The notes under the pieces were generated by a model. The model was given only the letters and a program-made list of their open reading frames with translations. It was not told the DNA's origin and searched no databases. From the NCBI GenBank assembly GCA_963702425.1, contig CAVPCQ010000037.1, positions 288,001-352,000 of the forward strand: DNA of 64,000 bases, in the 5' to 3' direction. Of this stretch, positions 45,196 through 54,894 are shown piece after piece. Position 1 is the first letter of the stretch; each line of letters starts with the position of its first letter. The position numbers were made by a program, and so were the translations under genes. The stretch comes from an uncultured Acidobacteriota bacterium (GTDB lineage: Bacteria > Acidobacteriota > Polarisedimenticolia > J045).

Positions 45196-46622
45196 TTACT
45201 GTGCCCTTTCGAAGACCGCCTCCACCTTGCCGCTGCGGACCGCGCGGTCGAGGGCGGCGTGGTCCTTCTCGTTCTGGTCGGCGTAGGCCACCGAGAAGGC
45301 CGCGATCGCCTTGTCGAAGACGTCGCTCTTGCCCATGTACCCGCTGAGCGTGACCGAGCAACCGGAGCGGGCGTGGGAGAGCGCGAGCGCCCTGCCGCAC
45401 CAGGTGGCGTAGAGGTCCATCTCGGGGGCGCCGAAGGTCTCCACGCGGACGCTGATCTTGATGTCCCTCAGCTGGCGGACGAAGAAGTCGCGCCTGGGGC
45501 CCCGGGCTCCATCCGAGGAACATGTCGCTGGCGGGCTGCATGAGCCGGTAGCCGTTCACGACGCGCTGGCCGTGGTTGGGGAAGACGCTCGCGCCGGCGT
45601 ACGGCTCCAGCACCGAGGCGCGCGCCTCCTTGACCTGGAGGAAGAGGGGGTCGCCTTCGCCGGCCATGAAGAGGAACACCCAGCAGGCGGTCCCGACGCT
45701 GCCGATCCCCACCACCTTGATGGCGGCGTCCCGGAGCTCGTAGCGGTCGAGCAGGGACTGGGTGGAGTGCGGCAAGGTGCCGCGGTAGCCGGCGAACGCG
45801 TCCCGCAGGACCTGCTGGATCTCACCCGGGGGATGGCCCTCGGCGTGGAAGATCGTCGGGAGCTGATCCTTGATGACGGGCATCTCCCCCTTGTGCTCCA
45901 CCAGCTTCGGGAAGATGTCCTCGGCGATGCTGCGCGCCCGCTCCTTCTGGAGGCGCTTCAGGGCCCGCTGGCGGAACGCGGGGTCCTTGATGTTCGCCAC
46001 CAGCTCGTCCGCCCCCAGCGCGTAGTACCACAGCTCCAGCGTCTTCATCCGGCTGAACTCGGCCATGGACTCGCGGTAGGTGCGGACGCAGGTCATGGCC
46101 GCGTCCTTGGCGGCGGCGGCGCTCAGGCCGTTGTCCCGGCAGGCCACCACGAAGCTCGCCGCGAGGCGCTTGACGTCCCACTCCCAGGGGGCCGGGAGGG
46201 TCTCGTCGAGATCGTTGATGGAGAAGATGACCCTGCGCTCCGGCGTGGCGAACCCGCCGAAGTTGCAGAGGTGGGCGTCCCCGCAGCCTGGACGTGGACC
46301 CCGGTGGACCGGCGTGGACGCGAGGTCGGCGGCCATCGTGAGGGCCGCCCCCCGGTAGAAGGTGAAGGGGGAGCGGACCATGCGGCCGTGGCGGAGGGGC
46401 AGCAGTTCGGGCATGCGCCCCTTCTCGGCCTCCAGGACCATCTCGACGGCGTCCGGGCCGCTTGGAGGGGGCCTTCCAGGTGGCGTGCGCCTCTCGGGGG
46501 CAGGTCTCCCGCAGGGCCTTCCCCGCGGCGAACCGCTCCTCGAAGGTCCCCGTGGGACGCCCGACCTCCCGCGCCGGCTTCTTGCCCGCAGCGCGTGGAC
46601 TGGCTTTCTTCCTGGTGGCCAT
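45196..46622 (-). pseudogene. DUF2252 family protein with about 4 frameshifts (pseudogene or assembly error)
   Basis: GKALRE..PR..HA.W; RHGRM..SPFTFYRGAA; CGDAHL.NFG; INDLDET..PWEWDVKRLAAS; KVVGIGSVG; LFLQVKEA; RQLRD; LALSHARSG..YADQNEKD. Shifts near 46455, 46315, 46290 and 45505. Confidence 0.8.
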
Positions 46623-46731
46623 GGGGCTCCTTCAGTCCGTGATCGGAACAGGTCAACGTCCCGGCTGAGAATACTCCTCTCCGCAAGTACGATAGACCGC
46701 CTCGGATCGGCCCAGAGAAGGGAGCACGTCG

Positions 46732-48021
46732 ATGACCCGTCGCGCGTTCGGCTCGAGATGGAACCAGGGTTTCGGCGCATTCGGGACGCCGTTTCTCTAC
46801 GCCGCGGGGGCGTTCCTTGCCGGCGTTCTCGTCCCGCGCCTCGAGGCACGCTTCTTCCCCGGCCTTGCCGCCGCGGTCAGCGTCAACGCGGCGATCGCCG
46901 TCCTGTCCGCCATTGCCTCCGGCATGCTGCCGCTGACCGGTCTCGTCTTCTCGCTCGCCTTCGTGATGGTGCAGTTCTGCGCCACGGCCTACTCGCCACG
47001 CCTGGTCTCATGGCTCGCGGGATCGGCGATGATGCGCCACTCGCTCGGCGTCTTCACGGCGGCCTTCATCTACGCGCTGGCGGCGCTCGTCTGGATCGAT
47101 CGCGGCGGCAGCGGGAAGGTCCCGCTGCTGACCGTGTCGCTCGCGATCGCGCTGCTGATGGCGAGCATCGTGGTCTTCATGTTGCTCGTGGACACTCTCG
47201 GAATGCTCCAGATCGCGCGGGTCCTCCCGTTCGTCGGCGACCAGGGTCGGGTCGTCATCGAGCGGGACTACGCTCCGTTCGGCGACCCGGCAGGCGACAG
47301 CGCGGGTGCGAGCGCCGACCTGCCGCCCGTCACCCAGGTCGTCGTCCACCGCGGCGGCCCCGCGGTGATCCAGCAGTTCGAGCTTCGGCGCCTCGCCGCG
47401 CTCGCCGCCCGGGAGAACGTCGTCCTCTCGAGCGCGTGCGCGGTCGGCGACACGCTCGTCGACGGCATGCCGCTGCTGCGCGTGCACGGCGGCGGCCGGC
47501 CGCTCTCCGAGGCCAGCCTCCGGCCGCTGGTCCGCCTCGGTGTGGAGCGCACGTTCGAGCAGGATCCGAAGTACGCGATCCGGCTGCTCGTCGATATCGC
47601 GATCCGGGCCCTCTCGCCGGCCGTCAACGACCCGACCACTGCGGTCCAGGCGCTCGACCAGGTGGAGGACCTCCTGCTCCGCCTGAGCCGTCGGGACCTC
47701 TCGGTCGGGCGCGGGATCGATGCGTCCGGGACCCTCCGCCTCGTGTTCCCGGTTCCGAGCTGGGAGGACTTCCTGGTCCTCGCCTTCGATGAGATCCGCT
47801 ACTGCGGCGCGAACTCGATCCAGGTCATGCGCCGCATGCGAGCCCTGATTCAGGACCTGATCGATCACGTCCCGTCCGAGCGAACGCCCGCCCTGCGGCG
47901 CTACCTCGAGCGCGTGGACAACGGGATCCGCCGGACCTTCGACGACCTGGACGACCGAAGTGACGCGTTCGTGGAGGACCGCCAGGGGCTCGGCCTGTCG
48001 CAGGAACGGGGGCAGGGATGA
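46732..48021 (+). CDS. DUF2254 family membrane protein
   Basis: AYSPRL, ERTFEQDP.YAIRLLVDIAIRALSPAVNDPTTAVQALD, AFDEIRYCG. Confidence 0.88.
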   Translation: MTRRAFGSRWNQGFGAFGTPFLYAAGAFLAGVLVPRLEARFFPGLAAAVSVNAAIAVLSAIASGMLPLTGLVFSLAFVMVQFCATAYSPRLVSWLAGSAMMRHSLGVFTAAFIYALAALVWIDRGGSGKVPLLTVSLAIALLMASIVVFMLLVDTLGMLQIARVLPFVGDQGRVVIERDYAPFGDPAGDSAGASADLPPVTQVVVHRGGPAVIQQFELRRLAALAARENVVLSSACAVGDTLVDGMPLLRVHGGGRPLSEASLRPLVRLGVERTFEQDPKYAIRLLVDIAIRALSPAVNDPTTAVQALDQVEDLLLRLSRRDLSVGRGIDASGTLRLVFPVPSWEDFLVLAFDEIRYCGANSIQVMRRMRALIQDLIDHVPSERTPALRRYLERVDNGIRRTFDDLDDRSDAFVEDRQGLGLSQERGQG

Positions 48022-48528
48022 GCGCCCGCGGGAAGGGGTGGTGGCTGACACTCGTCCTCGCCGGGCTGACCGTGCTCGTGCTGGCGTTGTCGCTGCCGGG
48101 GGCGGCGCGCGATGCCTTCGAGCGCGGCGGGATCTATCACTTCTCCCGGGAGTTCCTCGAGGACATCCCGAAGCGGCTCGTGGGGCCGGGCCGATTCCGC
48201 TTCATCTTGCAGCCGGTTGTGGCGATCGTGCTCGGCATCGGCGCCGGGCGCGCCGATCGAAGGGCGGGACGACCGCCCTACCTGCAGGCGCTCGTGCTCG
48301 GGTCGGCGGCCCGCGGCGAACTCGTCACGCAGCGCCTTCCGGGGGATCGCGAACCTCCTGATGATGGGCATCCTGCTCGACGCCGTCAGCCAGTGGCTGA
48401 TCCTCGGCGTCTCGCATCCGGGTGCCGCGCTGGTCGTCGGCCCGGTGCTGATCGCCGCCCCCTACGCCGCGGCCCGCGGGCTCGCGAACCGCTTCACGAC
48501 GGCCCCGGATCGGCCCCCCGGTCCTTAG
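48018..48528 (+). CDS. Hypothetical membrane protein; frameshift at about 48330
   Basis: GPGRFRFILQPVVAIVLGI continues in another frame as IANLLMMGILLDAVSQWL..PYAAARGLANR; ATGA overlap with the DUF2254 gene. Confidence 0.65.
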
Positions 48529-48622
48529 CTCGCTGCCGCGGCTCGACGATCGGGACGGCGCCGGGTTCGCGCGACGGCGAACCCGGCAACCGCCCCGGTG
48601 TCGGCGGCGCGAGTCGCCCGAC

Positions 48623-49037
48623 CTACTTCTTCAGGCCCGGTCTGCTTCAGCGCGTCCTTGCAGGCCGGGCTCACAGTCTTCTCGTTCTTCTCGAGGCAGG
48701 CGAGACCCCGCCCCTCGCCGACCTTGACGTCACCGCAGTACTTGAGGAGATCGTCCTTGCACTGCGCGGCGGCGAACTTCAGGGCCGCGACCGCCTGCTC
48801 GAGCTCGGCGGCGGCGTTGTAGACCGCGTACGTGCACTTGTCGGAGACCTGGTCCTCGAAGGCGTAGAGGCAGGCCAGAACCCGCCCTTCACCCGGCTTC
48901 ACGCCCTTGCAGAACGTGGTGAGCTCCGTGTTGCAGGCCTTCTTCACCGCGTCGATGGGGTTGTCCGCGGCCAGGGCCAGCCCGCCGGCGAACAGGAACA
49001 TCCCCATCACCATCAGGACAACGACCAACTTGCGCAT
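48623..49037 (-). CDS. Secreted cysteine-rich repeat protein (GLG1/Cys_rich_FGFR-like); 1-nt shift just before the natural stop
   Basis: Signal peptide; two repeats C..EL..FC..VKPGEGRVLACL...S..C and CKDDL.KYC..VKVGEGRGLACL...SPAC; a shift at about 48636 gives ..QTGLKK-TAG. Confidence 0.8.
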
Positions 49038-49176
49038 GGCTTCCTTCCTTTCGGTGGTTGTTGGCCCCCAGGCAAGCCCCGGGGGCGCACGTTTGCTCAC
49101 TGGCACCGTGGGACCTTGCGGTCCGCCCCTCACCACCCGGTGACGGGGCTCCATGCTTACGGCCGATGAGTCCTCG

Positions 49177-49248
49177 GGAGGGGCCGGCGTCCGTGCCGGC
49201 CCGCAACGCCACCGCATCTTTCGGGCCGGCACGGAGGCCGGCCCCTAC
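49177..49248. repeat. Inverted REP pair (REPIN-like)
   Basis: GGAG-GGGCCGGC-GTCCGT-GCCGGCCC (49177-49202) and GGGCCGGC-ACGGAG-GCCGGCCC-CTAC (49223-49248; GTAG foot on the minus strand), 20-nt spacer. Confidence 0.85.
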
Positions 49249-50985
49249 AGGCCCGAGGGGCGTTCTGCGGTCCGCGACTCGCGCAGGGCCAGCGTCGCGA
49301 GCGCCCGGCGCAGCTTCGCGTGGGCGTCGAAGCGCAGCACGTACTCCGACTCGCGCTGCCCCCCCTTGGCGCGGATCACCGCGGCCAGCGCGCGGCGCTC
49401 GGCCGCGCTCCAGCGCTCGACGCCGGGCAGCACGCAGGCCAGCGGGGCCCAGCGGTCGAGCGCCAGCTTCTCGCCCGGCGTCATGCCGCGGAACGCCGAC
49501 GCGCCGAGCAGCCTGATCGTGTCCTTGCGGCACGACGCGACCGCGCGCTCGCGGTCGGCGCCGCCGCGCGCGGCCAGTTCACGCACCACCGCCAGGGCGG
49601 CGTCGGCCATCGGCAGCTCGCCCATCACGTCGCGCCGCGGCCGGCCCAGGTCGAGGTAGGCGTTCTCCGAGGCCAGGCGCTGCAGCGTGGCGCGGTCCGA
49701 GCGGTAGCCCGGCTTCGCCTTGATGCGCCGCTGCTCGCTCTTCATCAGCCGCAGCGTCTCGCGCTCGCGCGGCGCGAAGCCCAGCTTGGCGTAGAACCAG
49801 AACGCTCCGGAATCCAGCCCCTCGTCGTTGTCGTAGCCGAGCTGGTAGGGGACGATCACGAAGGCGCCGGCGCCGAACACGGCCCGCGCCGTCGCCAGCA
49901 TCCGGGCGAAGACCCAGGCCGCCTCGCCGCCGCGGAAGGCGTCGAAGACGTTGTAGGCGATCTCGGACGAGCGATACAGCGACGAGATCAGCGCGTAGCC
50001 GATCGGCACGCCGTTCTGCAGCGTCAGGATCCCGTAGACCGACTCCAGCAGCAGCCGGCGTTCCGGCACCTGGCCGATCAGCGCGAAGACCAGGCCGTCG
50101 TCCCAGCGCACCAGCCGGACGTCGTCGGCCGAACCCCAGGCGAAGGCGTCGAGGTCGCGGGCGCGGGTGATCATCGCGCCCCGCGCCAAGTCGACCAGCC
50201 GCTGCCCGGTCGCGCGGCTCGATCGGCTCGACCGCCAGCGGCCGGCGCCGCACCTCGCGCCGCAGGTCGGGGCGGTGGCGGCGCAGCGGGGCGTCGAAGT
50301 GGTGGATCGGGCCGGTTGGCCAGCGGTCGAGGGTCCGCGACGGACCCCCGTCGCCCCAGGCCAGGCGCAGCGTCAGCCCCAGCTCATGGTAGAGCGACTC
50401 GTGAAGGAACGAGTTGCGCGTCAGCGTTTCGCTGCGGCGCACGATCCAGGTGGCGTCGGTGACCCCGGGCCCGGCCAGCCGCCGCACCCACTCGCGCGCG
50501 GGGAAGTCGTGCTCGTCGAGCGCCGGCGACTCGCTGTAGGTGGCGAGCAGGGGGAGCGCGGCCAGCAGCCGCTCGGGATGCTCCAGATCCTTCCAGACGA
50601 CGGAGAGGCGCCGGGGAAAGGCATGTGCCAGCCAGCGTGCGGTCGGCGCAAAGAACGGGTAGACGATCTCGGTCCCGGCGATTCCGCTCCCCTCGAGCAC
50701 GCGCCGGAAACGGCGCAGGTCGGCGCGCGTCGCGAACCGTGCGAGCAGGAACTCGGCCGCTGCGCGGACCCGCTCGTCGTCCGGGTAGGCGGCAAGGAAC
50801 GACAGCGCCTCGTGCAGCCGCAGCACGTCGTCGGCGCGCGGCAGGCGGGCGCGGGCGAGGGTCGCCATCGCCCCCAGCTTCTCCTGGGCCGGTGCGGGGC
50901 CGCACTCGGTCCGCAGCGCTTCGAGTCGGGACAGGGCCCCTGCGGGGGCCGGGCCGGGGCGGCCGCGGGCCGGTCGACGAGCCAT
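49245..50985 (-). CDS. Hypothetical protein of about 580 aa; frameshift at about 50212; possible GNAT-like C-terminal half
   Basis: GGAGG RBS and TAGAAT upstream; N-half LHEALSFLAAYPDD, SGIAGT; C-half NGVPIGY, NVFDAFRGGE, PYQLG..N.EGL.SGAFWFYAKLGF. Confidence 0.7.
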
Positions 50986-51045
50986 GGCGGTGATCCTCCG
51001 TCGTTGCCGGCCAGGATTCTACGACGGCGCTCGCGCCGGGAAGGG

Positions 51046-52518
51046 CTACCCGCCGAGGAGTGGTGCGAGGAAGGGGTCCTTGCGCGCGTCGACCAGCGCC
51101 GCGGGTTCCCTGGCCGCGACGCGTACGATCAGCTCGCGCCCCCCCTCGCGCATCGCCTTTTGCAGCCAGCTCTTGGCCTCGACCTCGCGCCCGGCACGCG
51201 CCAGGCAGAGCGCCAGCGCGCCGAGCGCGGCCGCCGAGTTCGGCGCGTCGCGGGCCAGGGCCGCCAGCCGCTCAATCGCCTCCGGCCGCCGCCGCGGGTT
51301 GCCGGCCAGCAGCAGCGCCGCGGCGACGCCGATCTGCGGATCGCTGGCGTCGGTCTTCAGCGCGCGCTCGAGCAGCTCGAAGGCCTCCACGCGGCGCCCG
51401 GCGGCGGCGACCTCGCGGGCCTGCTCGAAGAGCCGCCGCGCGATCCGGGCCGGCGGCACGATCTCGGGCCCCTTCTTCTGCTTGTCCCAGCGCGCGCGGG
51501 CCTGCGGATCGGTGAGGACCTCGATCGCCTCGTGCAGCAGGCGGAAGGCGTTCTCGATCTCCTTGTAGTGGCCCACGAACGGCCCCTGGCGGAACCGGTC
51601 GGGGTGGAACTGGCGCACGGTCCGGTAGTACCCGCGCCGCGCTTCGGTCGGGGACGCGCCGGGGGCGCAACCGACGAGCATCGGGAGGTTCTCGGCCGCC
51701 GCGGCCGCGAGCCAGCGCTTGATCGACTCCTCGGTGACCTCCTCGAGCGGCTCGTCGTCCTCGGCGCCGGCCTCGGGTGGAGCCGGCGCCTGGACCAGTC
51801 CGGCGCGCACCAGCAGCTCGAGCGCCGCGCGCGTGGCCGCGGGCGGCAGGGGAGCGACGCGCGCCGGCAGATCGATCGTGGCGATCGGCTCGGCCAGCGC
51901 GGCGAGCACCGCGCGCTCCTCGTCGGTCAGGCCCAGCGCGTCGACCAGCGCGGCGTCGGTGGGATCGATCGTGGCCCCGGCCCTGGCCGGCACCGCGGGA
52001 CCGCGCAGCTTGGCCCGTCCGCGCGCGAGCAGCACCGCGGCCGCGGCCGCGGGCCAGCCGATCACCGGCTCCGGTCCGAGGTCCAGGCGACCCGCGCGGA
52101 CCTCGAACGTGGTCTCGCTCGAACCCGCGAGGTCGGCCACGATCTCACCCGCCTGGGCCAGCAGCAGCGCCTGCGCCCGCTCCGCGGGGAGCGCGCCGTG
52201 CGCGACGAGCAGGCCCGCGGCCAGCGGCTGGGCTCCGAGCGCGGTCCGCAGCGCGGCGACGCGATCCTCGTCCAGGTCGGCCAGCTCGCCGCGCGCCAGC
52301 AGCCACTCGAAGAAGCGGTCCTCGGTCGCGTTGGAGAGGATCGAGCGGATCACCCCCTGCTCGAGCACCAGCCGCCGGACGAGCTTCTTGCGCTTGAGAT
52401 CGACGACGCCGGTTGCTCGGACCGCGCCGAGCATCCCGAGCAGGGTCTCGAGCGGCGTCGTGCCGAGCCGCCCCTCCGGGGGGATCTTCACCGGTCCCCG
52501 TCGATCGTTCGCGCCCAT
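51046..52518 (-). CDS. DUF4388-like domain + J-domain + TPR protein
   Basis: N-terminal GRL...PLETLL..ATGVV.L; J-domain ARRGYY..VRQFHPDRF..AFRLLHEAIEVLTDPQARARWD; C-terminal TPR helices. Confidence 0.8.
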   Translation of the reverse strand: MGANDRRGPVKIPPEGRLGTTPLETLLGMLGAVRATGVVDLKRKKLVRRLVLEQGVIRSILSNATEDRFFEWLLARGELADLDEDRVAALRTALGAQPLAAGLLVAHGALPAERAQALLLAQAGEIVADLAGSSETTFEVRAGRLDLGPEPVIGWPAAAAAVLLARGRAKLRGPAVPARAGATIDPTDAALVDALGLTDEERAVLAALAEPIATIDLPARVAPLPPAATRAALELLVRAGLVQAPAPPEAGAEDDEPLEEVTEESIKRWLAAAAAENLPMLVGCAPGASPTEARRGYYRTVRQFHPDRFRQGPFVGHYKEIENAFRLLHEAIEVLTDPQARARWDKQKKGPEIVPPARIARRLFEQAREVAAAGRRVEAFELLERALKTDASDPQIGVAAALLLAGNPRRRPEAIERLAALARDAPNSAAALGALALCLARAGREVEAKSWLQKAMREGGRELIVRVAAREPAALVDARKDPFLAPLLGG

Positions 52519-53726
52519 GCCGCCACCAACTCGTCCCGCGAGCTGCCGAACGCTTCGTCGAACGCCGCCGCTTCGGTCGAGCCGCCGGCCAGCAGGTCGA
52601 CCAGCCAGATCAGGCGCGCCCGGCCGTGGTCCTGATCGAGGAACGCCGTGAACGACAGCGCCGTCGGGTAGCTGAACGGCTCGAGCCCGACCCCGCCCGC
52701 GGCTTTCGCCGCGGCGCGCACGGCCGCTGCCGCGCGGGCCGGGTCGCGCGGCTCGAGCCGCTGCGCCAGCCCCTCGTGCAGCCAGCGCGGCACGCCGCCG
52801 GGTCCCTTGGCGGCGATCAGCGCGTGCACCAGCTCATGGCGCGCGACCCGGACCAGCTCCGGTGACGTCGCCGTCACGCCGCCGACCGGCAGCCGGATCT
52901 TGCCGTCGAACAGCCCGGCCACCTCGGCGCCGGTCTCGGTCGCGTCGTGGAACTGCGCCTTGGTGTAGAGCACGACCGGGATCGGCCGGGTGGGGTAGAC
53001 CGACAGCTCGCGCGCCAGTTCACCGTACGCCTCCTCGAGCGCCTCCAGCACCAGGCGCCCCGCCGCCTCGTCGCGCGTGCCGTCGAAGGAGAGCGTGAAG
53101 TGCGCCGTCAGCGAGCGATCGTAGCTCCCCTCGGCGGCCAGCTCGCGCCGCAGCTTGGCCAGCCGCTGCGCCAGGCCGCTGTCGCCGGGGCGCGCGGCGA
53201 GCGCGGCTTCGTACTCGGGCAGCGCGTCGGCGAGCCGGCCGTCGCGGTACCAAGCCTCGCCCCGCAGCTCGTGCAGCCAGCCGTCGTCGGGGTGGGCCAG
53301 CAGCCCCTGGTCGGCGAGCATCAGCGCGCGGTCGGCGTCGCCGGAACGCAGCTCGAGGAAACCCAACTCGGCCAGCGCGGGAAGCAGCGTGGGGGAGAGG
53401 TCGAGCGCCTTGTCGTAGGCATCGGCAGCCGCGGTCGCGTCGTGCGCGCCCACGAACGCGCGGGCACGGAGGACCCACAGCTGCGCCAGCCGCTCCTCGA
53501 GCCGCGCCTCCAGCTCGGACGAGCCGGCGCGACCGAGCTGCTCCTGGAGCCGTGCGATCTCGCCGTCGATCTGGGCGGCCGTCGGGGGTGCGGGCGTCGC
53601 TGCGGGGGAGACCGAAGGCGCACCGGCGTCCGCGGCGCACGCAGCGCCGACCGCCAGCGCGAGCGCCAGCACGAAAGGCACGCTCCGCGCGGCGGAACGC
53701 ACCGCGCGGGCCACGGGTCGGTCCAT
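52488..53726 (-). CDS. Exported TPR protein with peptidase MA-like (gluzincin) domain
   Basis: Signal-like N-terminus; TPRs (AADAYDKALDLSP, LRGEAWYRDG); GLFDGKIRLP, RHELVHA, PRWLHEGLAQ. Confidence 0.85.
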   Translation of the reverse strand: MDRPVARAVRSAARSVPFVLALALAVGAACAADAGAPSVSPAATPAPPTAAQIDGEIARLQEQLGRAGSSELEARLEERLAQLWVLRARAFVGAHDATAAADAYDKALDLSPTLLPALAELGFLELRSGDADRALMLADQGLLAHPDDGWLHELRGEAWYRDGRLADALPEYEAALAARPGDSGLAQRLAKLRRELAAEGSYDRSLTAHFTLSFDGTRDEAAGRLVLEALEEAYGELARELSVYPTRPIPVVLYTKAQFHDATETGAEVAGLFDGKIRLPVGGVTATSPELVRVARHELVHALIAAKGPGGVPRWLHEGLAQRLEPRDPARAAAAVRAAAKAAGGVGLEPFSYPTALSFTAFLDQDHGRARLIWLVDLLAGGSTEAAAFDEAFGSSRDELVAAWARTIDGDR

Positions 53727-53740
53727 CGGGCCTCGGAGCG

Positions 53741-54595
53741 TCAGCGCGTCTCGACCGGGCGCGGCGTTCCGCTCTGCCGGAAATAGTCGGGCACGTTGCC
53801 GATTCCGGCCACCGCGCTGTCGCGGTCGGGATAGGAGCCGTAAAGCAGCCGCCAGCAGGCGCGACCGTTCGCCTCTGCGGGAACGACCGTCAGCGGCCCG
53901 GACGGAACGCTCTGGAACGCGCGCCGCACGTTGGTGGGGTCGCAGGCCAGGAGGACCTGCAGCGACCACGGGGCGGAGCGCACCGCCTGCTGCCCTGCCG
54001 CGGCGGCCTCGTCGATCCGTCCCGACTCCACCAGCGCTCGGACCGGGGAGCCGCCGGCATCGCGCCGGAGCGAGGCTTCGGTCGGGTCCGGACGGGCCGG
54101 CGCTGCCGGCTCTGGCGCGGGTGGGGCGACCCGCGCCACCTCCGGCTCGCGCTCCGGGGTGCGGGCCGGCGTTTCCGGCAGGGGCCGGAAGTCAACGGGC
54201 GGCTCGGGCGCCGGGACCGGGGTCGGCAGCGGGGCGGAGGGGGCCTCCCGGGCCACCGCCGGCGGTTCCTCGGTGGACTCCGAGGCGTCGGTCGCGGCGG
54301 CGAGGCGGGCGTTCTCCTCGGCCGAGATCATGTCGTCGGTGCTGCTCCGGAACCAGAGGGCGGCCCCGACCAGCAGGATCACGATGCCGCCGACGATCGC
54401 CGCCGTGAAGAAGGCCTTGCCGCTCCCGGCCGATGCCCCCGCATCCTCGTCGTCGGATTCGTCGTCGTCGCCGCCGACGATCAGCGGCCCTTCGTAGCGC
54501 AGCTCGTCGCGGCGCTCCCGGCGCCGCTCTCCGCCGTCCCGGGTCGTGAAGAGATCGTGCTGCTGCCCGCCGTCCCGCCGATCGTCGGAACTCAT
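53741..54595 (-). CDS. Bitopic membrane protein with Pro-rich linker and C-terminal SPOR-like domain
   Basis: Acidic N-tail, one TM, PEP-rich linker, WSLQVLLAC..CWRLLYGSYPDRDSA; GGAGGAG RBS. Confidence 0.7.
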   Translation of the reverse strand: MSSDDRRDGGQQHDLFTTRDGGERRRERRDELRYEGPLIVGGDDDESDDEDAGASAGSGKAFFTAAIVGGIVILLVGAALWFRSSTDDMISAEENARLAAATDASESTEEPPAVAREAPSAPLPTPVPAPEPPVDFRPLPETPARTPEREPEVARVAPPAPEPAAPARPDPTEASLRRDAGGSPVRALVESGRIDEAAAAGQQAVRSAPWSLQVLLACDPTNVRRAFQSVPSGPLTVVPAEANGRACWRLLYGSYPDRDSAVAGIGNVPDYFRQSGTPRPVETR

Positions 54596-54726
54596 TCGGT
54601 GTCTCCTCCCCGCGACGACCCCGTCGCGGATCGTTCGCCGGGGCCGACTCGGGCTGCGCCCGGCGCCGGGCTCGGGCGCCGGACGCCATTATAGGGCGGC
54701 TCCCCGCGCCCCGGCCGGGCGGCGCG

Positions 54727-54894
54727 CTAGTGTCCCGAATCCGTCTTGGCTTGACAGTCGGCCGCCGCTGCATCCCGCGGGGCGGCGTTGCTCGTCCTTG
54801 GCGTACGGCGGGAGTACGCCGGCGTCCTCGCGCCTTGCCCCGCAGGCGCTTCGGCGGCCTTGGTTGTCAACCCAAGACGGAATCGGGACACTAG
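54727..54894. mobile_element. 168-bp MITE-like element with 30-bp terminal inverted repeats and CTAG ends
   Basis: Left CTAGTGTCCCGAATCCGTCTTGGCTTGACA versus reverse complement of right CTAGTGTCCCGATTCCGTCTTGGGTTGACA (28/30); interior also largely self-complementary; no coding capacity. Confidence 0.85.
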
